Origin: a virus
Lineage: Duplodnaviria; Caudoviricetes
Strand: one strand, 5' to 3'
DNA: 64,000 bases
Virus record (IMG/VR): IMGVR_UViG_3300001580_000013
Location: 1 to 64,000 of that record
The position numbers and the translations under genes are program-made. This document shows positions 28,958-40,370 of the stretch, piece after piece; position 1 is the first letter of the stretch, and every line of letters begins with the position of its first letter. The notes beneath the pieces were generated by a model, which was not told the origin of the DNA, searched no databases, and saw only the letters and a list, made by a program, of their open reading frames with translations.

Positions 28958-29515
28958 TTAATTCTCCTTATTCAAAATATTTACAGCAATTTCGATATGC
29001 TCTGTTGTTAAACCATGCCACCAAGAAGTATGAATAAATTTATCTTTTTGTCTATACAACATATCAGAATCATCGTCCAAAATTACATATCTAACTTGTT
29101 CTCTAACACTATACTCAGGATGAGTATGATATAAATATGCCTCTATTTCTAAACCTCTTGGAAGTGAAGGTGCTCTATCATTAAATGGCATATTTGCCTC
29201 TATATCATTCCACCATAATCTGGGTGTTATTCCTACTACATTTCCTTTTACTCCAGCATAAGCAAGAATTTCTTTTATACTGGGCATAGAACGCCAAGTT
29301 GAAGAAACTACAATATCTGCTTGTGTTTGTTCGATAATTTTATTCAGAACATCGACAGCTTTTGGGTCAAATTCCCATTTGTGATATTCTTTATCATCCA
29401 TATCCTGTGCTCTTGCTCTCCATTCAGGATATCTTTCTTTATACCAATCTTCCGAGTTCAAAACCCCGTCCACTCAAACATCCAAAAAAATTATTTTTGT
29501 AATTTTCTCAGACAT
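28958..29515 (-). pseudogene. HAD phosphatase (HAD_SAK_2, Swiss-army-knife RNA-repair type) with in-frame TGA in the DxD motif
   Basis: AGGAGG + ATG 29515: MSEKITKIIFLDV*VDGVLNS; IVVSSTWR, RGLEIEAYL, YVILDD. Confidence 0.8.
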
Positions 29516-29552
29516 ATTGCACCTCCTTTGCTTTAATTTTTAATTCGATTGT

Positions 29553-29581
29553 AATATAAGAATAATTTACTTAAATGTCAA
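29553..29581 (-). promoter_or_regulatory. early promoter
   Basis: TTGACA-17-TATATT. Confidence 0.85.
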
Positions 29582-29769
29582 GACTTATCTTCTATTTTTA
29601 ATCCTTCAATTAACCCAAACAATTCTTCCGTACATTCGTAACAAACTTCTGTATAATCTATGGAACTACAAACATTATTGATAACTCTACCAGAAAGCTG
29701 AAGATGCCCGTGACTACCCAAACTAATCAATTTCCCGCAAATATCACATTTGATAACAGTCTCTTTCAT
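29578..29769 (-). CDS. small Zn-binding protein
   Basis: CDICG...CYEC; start likely MKET at 29769. Confidence 0.6.
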   Translation of the reverse strand: MKETVIKCDICGKLISLGSHGHLQLSGRVINNVCSSIDYTEVCYECTEELFGLIEGLKIEDKS

Positions 29770-30140
29770 TTCTCCTCCACGGTATAACAATTAGCATATT
29801 TTTCAAAAAATATATAAACAACAGATTTATGATATTTTGAAGAATTATGAACATATTTAATCACAATCTTCTCGTCCTTAGAATTAATACATTTATACAG
29901 ATATACAGTTTCCAATTCATCATAATTTTGAATATCTATGAACGTGATCAAGAGTTCTGTTGTTTTCTCATCTTTAATATATATTTTTTCTCTTTCTTCA
30001 TCTATGGTTATAATTACATTTTTTGGAATATATCCACTCCAACTGTGCCGGTAATTCGTAGTAGAGTATTCAAATGTTTTTAGGTGGAAAATCTCGGCAA
30101 AACATAAACTTGATAGAAGTAATATTAATAGTAATTTCAT
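29766..30140 (-). CDS. putative secreted protein
   Basis: Signal-peptide-like MKLLLILLLSSLCFA. Confidence 0.6.
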   Translation of the reverse strand: MKLLLILLLSSLCFAEIFHLKTFEYSTTNYRHSWSGYIPKNVIITIDEEREKIYIKDEKTTELLITFIDIQNYDELETVYLYKCINSKDEKIVIKYVHNSSKYHKSVVYIFFEKYANCYTVEEK

Positions 30141-30829
30141 TTATTCTTCCGCGTTATAAATTTTCTGAATATAGCATTCTTCATCTATAAGCTGTTCTAT
30201 CATATCCTCGGCTTCTTCATAAGTATCAAATCTATCAGCAAACAATCTGCCACCAAACCTATCTTTGCTGAGAGAATAAAAAGCATCACCTTTAATATTT
30301 CGTATAATGTATTTAGTTTTCATTTTATTCCTCGATTTTTGTACTATCTGAATGTGTAACCACTTCATATTTTATTTTTACATTTTTTAAAGCTTCCTCA
30401 ACACCAACTTTTTTAGCTTCGACCACGAGGGCAGACATTAAAAGACTTCCTATCAAACACCCACACAAATATAACCAAAATGGTTTTTTCTCTCCAAGAA
30501 ATACACCAGAGGTTATCATAGTGATTGTAGAAAATATTATCAAAATTGTCAACATTTTATTCTACCTCCGTATAATTCATGAGAAAATGTTTAAACAAAA
30601 ATGTATGATATAGAGAAAAATCCATTATACTACAATCATCGCATCCTTCCAAATAAAAATCCTCAATTTGTTCTACTACTTCACCCATAACATAACTGTC
30701 ATCATCACCGCAATTCATAGTTCCAATACACAAACATTGCCAACCTAATTGTCCTGATAATTTCTTTAGTTTAATTAGGTATGCATATTGATCATATCCA
30801 AGAGCCGCATTTGTTTTATAAATTTTCAT
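30141..30829 (-). other. run of three small hypothetical ORFs (30141-30368, 30325-30555, 30557-30829)
   Basis: Tightly packed minus-strand ORFs; middle one has two TM segments. Confidence 0.55.
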
Positions 30830-30841
30830 CGTTTCTCTCCT

Positions 30842-31309
30842 TTATTTGGTATCACATTCTTCGCATAATGGTAAAGGATCATATTCATATTCTATTGTAT
30901 CACTTATAATATCAGAAGAATCATAATCTTTTACATCTTCAAATGAATATTCAAACTCATCATAAAAATCTTCCTGTTCATAACTTCTCCAGTACGAAGA
31001 AATTCTATCCTCAAAAAGATTTACTTTAATGTTATTATAGGTCTTAAAATGACCATTTAACCAATCAGTCAAAGCATATATATCTTTACCTCTTACACCG
31101 ATTATTATTCCCGGAGAAGTTGACCTTATATTGATAACAAGATTTATTTTATCACCAGAACTGTTGTCTAATGGTTCTACCTGAGTTTCAACCTCAACAT
31201 CTGTTATTGAATATCTAATCCTTAACCTATCATCTTTGATATGATTATAAAAACGATTCATACAAACTAAAACTTCTGTGGTGATTTCATTCAGTTCTTG
31301 AGTTTTCAT
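30842..31309 (-). CDS. type-II KH-domain RNA-binding protein (ribosomal S3-like)
   Basis: INIRSTSPGIIIGVRGKDIYAL, comparable to S3 IHTARPGIVIGKKG; start 31309 with GGAGAG SD. Confidence 0.65.
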   Translation of the reverse strand: MKTQELNEITTEVLVCMNRFYNHIKDDRLRIRYSITDVEVETQVEPLDNSSGDKINLVINIRSTSPGIIIGVRGKDIYALTDWLNGHFKTYNNIKVNLFEDRISSYWRSYEQEDFYDEFEYSFEDVKDYDSSDIISDTIEYEYDPLPLCEECDTK

Positions 31310-31340
31310 TCTGTTCTCTCCTTTTTTTAAATTCAATAGT

Positions 31341-31369
31341 AATATAAGACAATTCTGTTTAAATGTCAA
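31341..31369 (-). promoter_or_regulatory. early promoter
   Basis: TTGACA-17-TATATT. Confidence 0.85.
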
Positions 31370-31933
31370 GTTTTATTTTTTAATTTAAATGCTCCGGCTT
31401 TAAACATCTTTTGAATATTATAAGATTTTTTAATTTCTTTATCAGTGTATTGTTTTCTTTTTTCTGGATCAAGTAATTCGGATAATCTCAAAACTTCATA
31501 CATTTCGTCGTCTAATCCCAAATTATATACGGCAACATCATAGCCTCTATCAAGATACTCAAAAGATAAAAAATCTAAACAATATGTAGCTATATTAGAA
31601 TATAAATGAGATCGCTCAATTTCCATTATGACTTCATAATATGTCCGTATTTTTATTCTTGGTTCTAATTGTTCTGGCATAAGCAATATACTAATTTCTT
31701 TCATTATTTTCATTATTTTCCCCTATCTGTCAAGTTTTATTTTCAACCATTGCTTTCAATTGCTTAAGATTCTCAAAGGTGCATTCCATATACACCACAC
31801 CATACTTCAGCATTTTATACATATAGTCTTGAAATGTACTATCAGGCGTAAGTAACATACCTTCAGGAATATCGAGCATAACAACTTTATCTTGTGTTAT
31901 CTGACCAATTTTGCAATAAGTTTTAATTCCCAT
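31366..31933 (-). other. two hypothetical ORFs (31366-31713, 31730-31933)
   Basis: ORF track, operon context. Confidence 0.55.
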
Positions 31934-32533
31934 TTATAAACCCTCTTCATCGGCTTGTTTTAATTCTTCTCTATAATCCTTTTTCCACAAACCTATACAC
32001 TTAAGAATGAATATTATCTGTTCCCATTCATAAGGTTTCCAACCATCCATTTCCCTAACGCCCACATCAAATCTATTCGGTAAAGGTCTCAGGGGTTTAT
32101 GTCGGCAATAACCATGCACATGACCGTAGAGGTGAAAACTGCCGTAATGGTCAGAATCCCAAACTTCTATGGGATGATGAAACAAAACAATTTTTGTGCT
32201 TGGAATATTATCACCATTCTTTATTTTCAACACGAAGTAGTCTTTGATCCACTTAACATATTTTAGGAATATTGCTTCATTATGTTTTCCAATCCTATCA
32301 TGATTGCCGGTTATGAGATACTTTTCACCATTCAATTGTTTCAGAATAAATTCGGGATCAACGCCATTCCAAATAAAGTCTCCGATAATATAAACTCTAT
32401 CTCCATTATCGACTTTACTATTCCACGCATTGATAATAGTTTCGTCGTGCTCTGCTGTTGAGCCAAATCCTCTTTTCTTTGCTATGAAGTCGTGCCCGAA
32501 ATGAGTATCAGCTATAAAAAATATTTTATTCAT
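31934..32533 (-). CDS. metallophosphoesterase
   Basis: ADTHFGH, IGDF, TGNHD, FHHP, LYGHVH, FDVGV. Confidence 0.9.
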   Translation of the reverse strand: MNKIFFIADTHFGHDFIAKKRGFGSTAEHDETIINAWNSKVDNGDRVYIIGDFIWNGVDPEFILKQLNGEKYLITGNHDRIGKHNEAIFLKYVKWIKDYFVLKIKNGDNIPSTKIVLFHHPIEVWDSDHYGSFHLYGHVHGYCRHKPLRPLPNRFDVGVREMDGWKPYEWEQIIFILKCIGLWKKDYREELKQADEEGL

Positions 32534-33521
32534 CTGTTTTATCCGTTCCCCGTGTAGTCATATTCCAGTTTTTACCGTTTGTGTTTTCTGGCTGAATCGA
32601 ATACCACTGACCACCATCAGTTAATATTTCAAATCCCCAATCTCTCTGAAAAATATTTACTATTCTGTCCTCTGTTGTTTTCATTGATAATCCATCGAAA
32701 TTTTCTGAAATTTCAAATTTTCTCATTTCATTAATATTGAGCTTCATTTTTGTTACTCCTTTTTGTTTTGTTTTTAATACGATTCTATAACAACTGATAT
32801 ATCGCGTTTATCTCCATACCTGCTAAAAGAAATACTCTTAACAGTTTTCATGGATTGTATTTCATATATAGAAATAGCATCCTCAATTTTCCTTCCCGCT
32901 AAAAACATAGCAGTTTTTTGAATTTCTTCTAAAGTTAACTCCTCGACTAATTTTTTCATTTATTTCACTCCTTATATTCTATTTCGTCTATTTCCCAATC
33001 ATAATCTCTTGCAATTTCTTCGTCTATATTTGTTATACAATCTTGATATCCGGCAATATAATCTTCTTTTTCTTGCTCTGTCAATTCTGGATCATTTTGC
33101 TCACTCCTTATATCCTTCTTATATTCTTTTATAAGTAATGCTCTCTTTTTATTTTTCAACCTTTCAACTTCTTTCTCAGCAGATTCCTCTGTTGGATGTG
33201 CCGAACAAGGAGTATAAGGACTTTCATAATCCCATTTACAAGAACAATGAGAAATTAAAAATATTTTTTTCATATTACTTCCAGTACTATCCAGTTTTCA
33301 ATTTTATTTGACACGAAACTTTTGGTTTCCTTTATACTCAAATTTCTAAAATCTTCTTTGACAAACAAGAAAGAAAATAAACTATCAAAACTCATCAAGT
33401 ATCCGTCAATATATTTCATACTAAACAATATCCTGCCATCTTTTGATCTTAAAATATGAGTACAATCAAGTTTAGTGCTATAAGATTCTAACTCACTCCA
33501 TGAACATTTATCTTTAATCAT
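32526..33521 (-). other. run of small hypothetical ORFs (32526-32747, 32774-32959, 32965-33273, 33270-33521)
   Basis: SD-led ORFs, overlapping start/stop. Confidence 0.55.
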
Positions 33522-33530
33522 GTTCTCTCC

Positions 33531-33779
33531 TTATATTTCAACATTAGGATATCCAAGAAATGGATTTTCCTGATATTTTTGTTTACACCTCTGATGCTCT
33601 TCGTCACTATAAAGAAAAATTTCAGATTTATCAAAAGATACATCTTGCCCGATAGAACAACCAGTAATCAAATTAACGCTCCAAGTATTATGCATAACAC
33701 CTTCTCCGACAAAATAACCAAGTTCATAGCCAAATCCACTATCCCATATTATTTTGTCACCAGCTTTAAATTCTTTCAT
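33531..33779 (-). CDS. KOW/SH3-like protein
   Basis: MKEFKAGDKIIW; start below early promoter. Confidence 0.6.
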   Translation of the reverse strand: MKEFKAGDKIIWDSGFGYELGYFVGEGVMHNTWSVNLITGCSIGQDVSFDKSEIFLYSDEEHQRCKQKYQENPFLGYPNVEI

Positions 33780-33805
33780 CTTTCTCTCCTTTTTAATTCT
33801 ATAGT

Positions 33806-33834
33806 AATATAAGATATTTTCTATCAAATGTCAA
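33806..33834 (-). promoter_or_regulatory. early promoter
   Basis: TTGACA-17-TATATT. Confidence 0.85.
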
Positions 33835-36100
33835 GGATTATTTTCCTCTCTGGCTATAGCAATATATGGTGCATAAACTATTCCCTCTTTACCCTTTGTA
33901 TTTTCAGTACACCAAAACCATAATTCATTGGGTTCAAAATCTTTCATTATAACATCGTAAAGATTATGATAAGTTTCTAAATCGGTTATGACTTGTATTC
34001 CAATCATCGTAGTTTTATTATTATCAAAACTATCAAATAATAATTTTTCGTGATATTTAACATTTTCAGAACCAATGGCTTCAGAACAAATTCCGATAGC
34101 CTTATTTATTCGCATCATTATTGGTATCATTTTACTTATCTCCACAATCAGCTAAATCGGCTGGAATACCTTTTTCATTATCAGGCACTTCCACAACCAT
34201 TCCTCTTATATCTCTATCACTGTATAAAATATCTCCATTTTTGTCTCTAAATATTTTACCGTGAATAGCCATTTGTGCTCCGATATGAACAGCATCTTGT
34301 ATTATAGAACAAATTTCATCGTAGCTTCCACAGCAAGTCTGAAACCATCCTGTGCTTTCATTCCAAGCATCAAAGTTTTCTACTGCCTTTCTTGTGGCAT
34401 ATTCTATCTCAGATTTTTTCATTCCATTCTTCCTCTGCAATTCCGAAATATTTTCTTAGATAATCCCTCACACAACCACAAAGAGAATCTTTATTTTCCT
34501 CTTTCCATTCTCGCCCTTCATCTGACTCATACCAAAATAGAAACCCGTCGGAATCTTCAAGTTTTTTCATTTGTTTTAAAGTTTCCTCTTTTTCTCTCTC
34601 CGAAAGAAGCAAAGGTATTCTGTCTAAATTAACTACTGCTTCTCTTTTTTGAGCAAACAAACCATATCCCGCAGGTATTAGATTCTTCTCTTTTATTCTG
34701 TAAAATATTTCCTCTGTTTTATTGCTATTCATTTTACACTTATCCCAAATATATTAAAATTTTTGTCAAGATGTTCTCCTTTAACCATTCATTCGCTTAT
34801 TTCTCGTAATAATTGAAAATTTACCCACACTTCTTGTTCCGAAACTACACCATTATAATTATTTCTATATTTTACTAAACAAATATATAATTCTGTTAAA
34901 GTCGAATTTCTTAAATAATCTATAAATTCTAAACTATTCATTTTACCCCTTTTTCTTCAAAAAACTGTATAATATCATCTACCATTAACGGATATATAAA
35001 GGTATTTTCCAATTTTCTTATTTTCAAATTATGAGCATATCGAGTTAACCATCCTTGACAATGAGTTAATCCCTCTGCTTTCTTACGCTTCCAATACTTC
35101 AATGCCCATTCGAAGTGTGGAATTTTTTTACCATGAATATCGTCTGGATTTATGCGAACGTCGTTATTGGAAAACTTCCAATAAACCTCTAACTCTTGTC
35201 TTGCTCTTACATCCATAAGTTAATCTCCTATTTTAAAAGTAAATCGTTCACTTTGTCAAAGGTGAATAGTTCTTTTTTAATTTCTTCCATAGCAATTTCT
35301 ATGGCTTTTTCTTTACCTTTTTCGAAAATCAAATCTATAAATCGTTCTATCGGAATCTTCATTTTTACATTCATAACAGTTTCAAGTGGGAACTCATCTG
35401 CCAATTCAAAACCATCTACTTTTAATTCTTTACTAATTTCAATTCTAAAATTATTACTCATTTTATTCTCCAATTATAAAGTTATCTACAATTTTATCAG
35501 CAAGTATTTTGCCGAGAATTTCTTTCATCCTTTTTCTGCCAGCAACCGTTTGTAAAACTTGTAAATCGGTTATTGGTATATCTACCTCTAACTGTATGCG
35601 CTCATTCATATTATAAGGGTCAACAATCTTTCTTAAACCTTTAAATATTATATTTTTCTCAAGTTCATTCATTTTTTAATTTCTCCAATTATAGAGACTT
35701 TTCTCACAAGCAACACAAATTTTTAATAATTCTCTTTCTCCTTTGTTGTTCTCATAAGTGGTACCGTCGGTTTTGTACTCGGGGTGAGAACACTTATTCT
35801 GGATTTCTTCAATTTCTTTATTAATTTCTACGTTTCGTTTTCTGAGATTGTAAATTTTTCTACTATACTCCAACCATTTTCTGTGGATTTCCTTTTTCTC
35901 ATCTTTTAATTTTTTAACATCATTCATTTTTCTACTCCTATCTCATCTAATTCTAAAAATTTTTCATCGTTAAATAACCGTTTATAAAATTCCAAATCTT
36001 CCAAATTACAAAAGAAAAATTTTGGTTTTGGATTCACACTTTTCTTTGCAAATTTCTCAACCTGCTCTTTGAGCCATTCTTGTAATGTTGGTTTCTTCAT
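33831..36100 (-). other. run of small hypothetical ORFs (33831-34145, 34132-34440, 34409-34732, 34938-35216, 35228-35473, 35463-35672, 35676-35927 and two of <60 aa)
   Basis: Contiguous SD-led minus-strand ORFs; no recognisable family. Confidence 0.55.
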
Positions 36101-36510
36101 TTATTTTCCCACTGTGCCAACATTTTAGCAAAGTTTTTACCTTCTTTTTTCAATTCTTCTTCACAATTTTCTACAACTACAATTTTCTTATGAAGAGCGA
36201 AGGCAACACCCATATCAAAATGGGTTCCCGTTGATGCCGGTGAAAAGAAAATATGAACTTCATCCGCATCTGAAATGGCATTGTAATTTTGAATACATAT
36301 TTCTAAACCTGATGCTGTCTGGTCAGTATTTCTGTGAGGGAGATGAACACAACAACCACAAGTTTCTAATGATTCAACATATTTTTCTAATTTTTTTCTA
36401 TACTCGTCAGAAGCTCCTCTGACAGAGCAAATAATAAATATGTCTTTTTGCCGTTTGTATAATTTCAATCTAAAGGTTTTAGGAATTAACAATTTATATG
36501 AGTATTTCAT
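36097..36510 (-). CDS. nucleoside 2-deoxyribosyltransferase-like protein
   Basis: IFIICSVRG...VHLPHRNTDQ...AISDADEVHIF...STGTHFDMGVAFALHKKIVV. Confidence 0.75.
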   Translation of the reverse strand: MKYSYKLLIPKTFRLKLYKRQKDIFIICSVRGASDEYRKKLEKYVESLETCGCCVHLPHRNTDQTASGLEICIQNYNAISDADEVHIFFSPASTGTHFDMGVAFALHKKIVVVENCEEELKKEGKNFAKMLAQWENK

Positions 36511-36755
36511 TATTTAAGTCCTAATAATTTCAAAATCTTTTCATAATCCTCATCTCTTTGATATTCAAATATATAATACCAAACAAACTCTCGCGGTTCT
36601 ATACCATTATAAAAAACTATCTGGTGTCTATCCTCATCTTTATCATATTCCATATATACAGTTCCGATAAAATCTAAGTTTATAGGAGAATTTATGTGTG
36701 GATTTTCTTCATGGTTAGGATTTGAGCATTTTTCATATTGACATTTAACCCACAT
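36510..36755 (-). CDS. hypothetical protein
   Basis: Coupled ORF. Confidence 0.6.
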   Translation of the reverse strand: MWVKCQYEKCSNPNHEENPHINSPINLDFIGTVYMEYDKDEDRHQIVFYNGIEPREFVWYYIFEYQRDEDYEKILKLLGLK

Positions 36756-36757
36756 CT

Positions 36758-37582
36758 TTAAAATCCTATCGGTCTGTTATTGTGTTTGAATCTTACGATG
36801 TTATCATCTGTAACCCCACTAAACCAATAACAATCTGTAAAATCATATATTTTATTTGTGGTTGGGAAACAATCTCCATCAAGCGTAGTTGAACAAAGCT
36901 GTATATTTTTGTTAAATATACCAACAAAATATCTTTTACCTTTCCACTCCACTTTATCAGAGCAGACTTTCATACCATTTGCTCGCCATTTTTCGTAACC
37001 AGACACTCTTCGAGTATCATTTAATATATAGCAATTACCCAAAGATGATATATGCCCGATGTCAACTTTTAAACCATTTGCATAATAGCATAACACTAAA
37101 CAATTACTTCTCTCAATTACTTCAAGTTTCAAAACATAATCTTCGTTCTTCTGCTTCTCAATTTTTTCAATCTCTTTGCCGAGTTCTTCATACTTTCTTT
37201 TCAGGTCTGTTAAGTCTTCCATTTTGCTTTCTCCTATTAATTTTATTAAATTTTTCTCTTCAACATAAAAATTACCATTTTCAAATTCAACATACCATAT
37301 ATCAGGTTTCTTTGTTACATCTTTTATGGTGCCAATATCATATCTCGTAAGTTTTTTATTTGACAAAGTCACCAAATTAGCAGAAGTATATTGAACTCTA
37401 TCCCCAACTTTGAATTTTGGTTCTGGTATTAAGAATAAATTCTCCTCAGATGCCCAAAACACTAAACCATCATCTATACTATAATCTATATAATAACCAT
37501 TCTGCACACTCAAAGAATATATGATTCCTACTTTACCTAATAATTTATTTTTTACTCTATCCCCAACTTTGAATTTTGTCAT
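36758..37582 (-). CDS. tandem KOW/SH3-like domain protein
   Basis: Two KFKVGDRV modules with an exact 25-bp DNA repeat (37395-37419, 37554-37578). Confidence 0.7.
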   Translation of the reverse strand: MTKFKVGDRVKNKLLGKVGIIYSLSVQNGYYIDYSIDDGLVFWASEENLFLIPEPKFKVGDRVQYTSANLVTLSNKKLTRYDIGTIKDVTKKPDIWYVEFENGNFYVEEKNLIKLIGESKMEDLTDLKRKYEELGKEIEKIEKQKNEDYVLKLEVIERSNCLVLCYYANGLKVDIGHISSLGNCYILNDTRRVSGYEKWRANGMKVCSDKVEWKGKRYFVGIFNKNIQLCSTTLDGDCFPTTNKIYDFTDCYWFSGVTDDNIVRFKHNNRPIGF

Positions 37583-37977
37583 ACTTCTACCTCCGCCATT
37601 TTATCAATATTCTTAGTTGTCATGCCTTCCGATGTTCCATTTTTTACCGCTAATTCTGTTAATTCTTTCATAAATACCACCGAAGTTTTAGTAATTTCTT
37701 CACTAATTTTTAAATCAAACGGTTTTACTAATTGAATATAATCTACAGTAATTATATTTTTCATTTTATTTCCTCTCCTTTAAATTTCACAAATTTCATT
37801 AAGTTCTTTATAAGCATTATCCAATTCCTGATATAATTCAAAAAGAGTAAGTGAAGCAAAAGTTTCTGTTCCACTGGTAGATTCTTCTCTGAAATGAATA
37901 AAAAACTCCAGATTACTTATTTCTGTTTTTATTTCCTGTATAGTTCTCATTATCTCTCCTTTTTTAAATCTTAACAA
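37579..37977 (-). other. two small hypothetical ORFs (37579-37764, 37780-37950)
   Basis: SD-led ORFs. Confidence 0.5.
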
Positions 37978-37978
37978 T

Positions 37979-38007
37979 AATATAAGATATTTTCATCTAA
38001 ATGTCAA
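37979..38007 (-). promoter_or_regulatory. early promoter
   Basis: TTGACA-17-TATATT. Confidence 0.85.
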
Positions 38008-38010
38008 GTA

Positions 38011-39234
38011 TTATAAAATAAATTTTTTGACGAAATCCATATACTGAACTGAGGTTATTTCTTCATATTCTAATTGAAGTAATTCATTCCATGTTAGTTT
38101 AAATTCTCTCCAATCAAACTTTTCATCTCTAAAATTGATAATATATTTATTACTGCTATATCCTAATGAAAACTCGACTCCATAATTATACCAACTCGAT
38201 TCTTTGTTAGTTTTTCCATTTGTCATTGTATGCTGTGATACAGCAAAATAAGCATAAAATACTTCTTCATTAAATAATCGTTCATTGGTTTCATATTCAT
38301 AACCGAGTTCTTTGGTAATTTTTAATTTGAAGCACCTATTATTCAGAAAAGAAAAATACCGATCAACTAAAACGGATTTGTTACATCTGATGTTGTCTCT
38401 ATATTTACAACTGGCTCGCTCCTGCTTATCAACAGCATTTTGAACTTTTCTCATCCAGTCTCTATCTAATTTGATCATTCTTTGACCTCCGTTTCAACTA
38501 TTTTCCAATCAATATCAAATCCAAATTTGGTATTTCGCAAATATTCTTTCAACTCTTCATATTCTGTTGAATATACTATATTACCTTCTTTAATCTCGTC
38601 GTGAAGTTTTTTGATTTCGTGCCAACCAGACCATTCTTTCCAATAATTTAATTCTCTTATTTTATGTTCTCTGATTGCTTTCTTTGCGCCTTCCTCTGTA
38701 TAATGTAAAGATATTGTGCGGTAAGTGGATTCGTATATACAAGGACAAAATAGAGCTTCATATATTATCATTTTTAAGTTCCTCTACAAATTCATCCAAA
38801 AGTTCTATACCATCGTCCATATTAAAATCTTGGCATATTCCATAATCTTTTACAAATCTTTCAATAGTGCTTATATTTATCTGATCCAAAATAACTTTCC
38901 GAATATCCTTGATAGTTCCAAAAGATAAACTCATGCAGCAGTTTCTACCAAGAACTTCATTAACAGCCAAATATAACTGTTTATCTTTTTCTGTAAATTC
39001 ATTACTCATCTTTGTCTCCATTTAAAAATCCTATTCATTATTATTCATATTTGCCATATCCGAAACTCTCCACACTCTCAGTGAAATATCTGATCCTATT
39101 TGCTCAGACTCTTTTACCTTCTCTCTTAATTCTTCGGTTGTTAATTTAATAGCATCATAAATATCTTTAGCTTCTATGTAACCTTCATATTCATAACACG
39201 CCTGATAAAAGTATGTATTTGTTTTGTCACTCAT
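38011..39234 (-). other. run of hypothetical ORFs (38011-38478, 38475-38771, 38758-39021, 39031-39234)
   Basis: Contiguous ORFs. Confidence 0.55.
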
Positions 39235-39670
39235 TTTCTTCATCCTCCATTTCATCTTTAGTCCAACTTTCAGTGTGTTTTTGAATATCTTCTTGAGAGA
39301 AGCCACCCCATGTTATATCATAAATTACAAGAGCAATCACAAATTCCTTAGGATACTTTATGACAGTTTGCTCATCCATACTCATACCAAGAACTTTCTC
39401 CCAGCTTACATAAGAGAAGCAAGAATCAACTTGTTCTCCTTCTTCTTTTCCATGAACACCAAAATAATCATCACACGGTTCTTCGTCATTATGAACAAAA
39501 TAAACTTCAATTTGAGTATTTTTGTATTCATCATCTACTGGAAGATTTTTCAATTCATTCCAAACTTTTTCATAGCCATCTTTATTCTTTTTTACATCGT
39601 GATAGAGATGATACAATTCCCACCAAACATCTTCAAATTTAGCATTGTGAATATATTCTTTTAGGTTCAT
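39227..39670 (-). CDS. DUF6557-like protein
   Basis: SWEKVLGM...VIALVIYDITWGGFSQE pattern. Confidence 0.55.
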   Translation of the reverse strand: MNLKEYIHNAKFEDVWWELYHLYHDVKKNKDGYEKVWNELKNLPVDDEYKNTQIEVYFVHNDEEPCDDYFGVHGKEEGEQVDSCFSYVSWEKVLGMSMDEQTVIKYPKEFVIALVIYDITWGGFSQEDIQKHTESWTKDEMEDEENE

Positions 39671-39671
39671 T

Positions 39672-40309
39672 TTAATTTCCAGTTAATTCATTAAACTTTT
39701 TCAGACATTTAGCACAAATATATTTCACGACATGATTTGACTGCCTACACTCTCCAACATCGCTTATTATGCCACTTGAATAAACCTCAGAATAACTGGT
39801 TACATCTAACTGAATATAACCGTTTATTGGACTGAATGGATTCACATCTTTTTTGCACATACAACATTTCATATTATTCTATCTCTTCAAAATTTTTATC
39901 GAAGGCTTCCTTTGACATTACTCTAAGCTCATCAAATATTCTGAGTATAATATCACCTTTATTTACTTCAATCCAGCCATCTGATCCACAAAAAACATCG
40001 AGAATAGTTATATCGGAAAGATGTTCAAAATTATTAGAATCAAACTGCGTTAAAATATAATTAATATTTTTCTTTGTCCCATCATATTCTATAGCTTCGA
40101 TATCTTTTTTAAATTTTACTTTCATCTTTCTCTCCTCGTTTTAAATTGATCAAATCTTTTTCAAGTTGTATTATTGTTTGTTCTCCTCTACTACCTTCAC
40201 CCTCATAATAAGTAAAATTATGTTTTGTTTTTGGATTATATAATTTTCTAATTGCATTTAGCGCAGTGGATTTATATAGTTGTGAGATTTGTTCGGTAGT
40301 CCTTTTCAT
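39672..40309 (-). other. three small hypothetical ORFs (39672-39872, 39874-40125, 40109-40309)
   Basis: Zn-ribbon-like; EAIEYDG...KGDIILR SH3-like; unknown. Confidence 0.55.
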
Positions 40310-40338
40310 TTGTTCTCTCCTGTTTTAAATTCAATAGT

Positions 40339-40367
40339 AATATAAGACATTTTTCATCAAATGTCAA
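40339..40367 (-). promoter_or_regulatory. early promoter
   Basis: TTGACA-17-TATATT. Confidence 0.85.
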
Positions 40368-40370
40368 GCC

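Noticed and set aside
29474-29476. Genome-wide TGA recoding
   Set aside because: TGA ends many genes via ATGA overlaps (e.g. 5203, 24765), and long genes are intact in code 11
31728-31733. TTGACA at 31728 and 34764 as full promoters
   Set aside because: No -10 hexamer at 16-18 nt spacing
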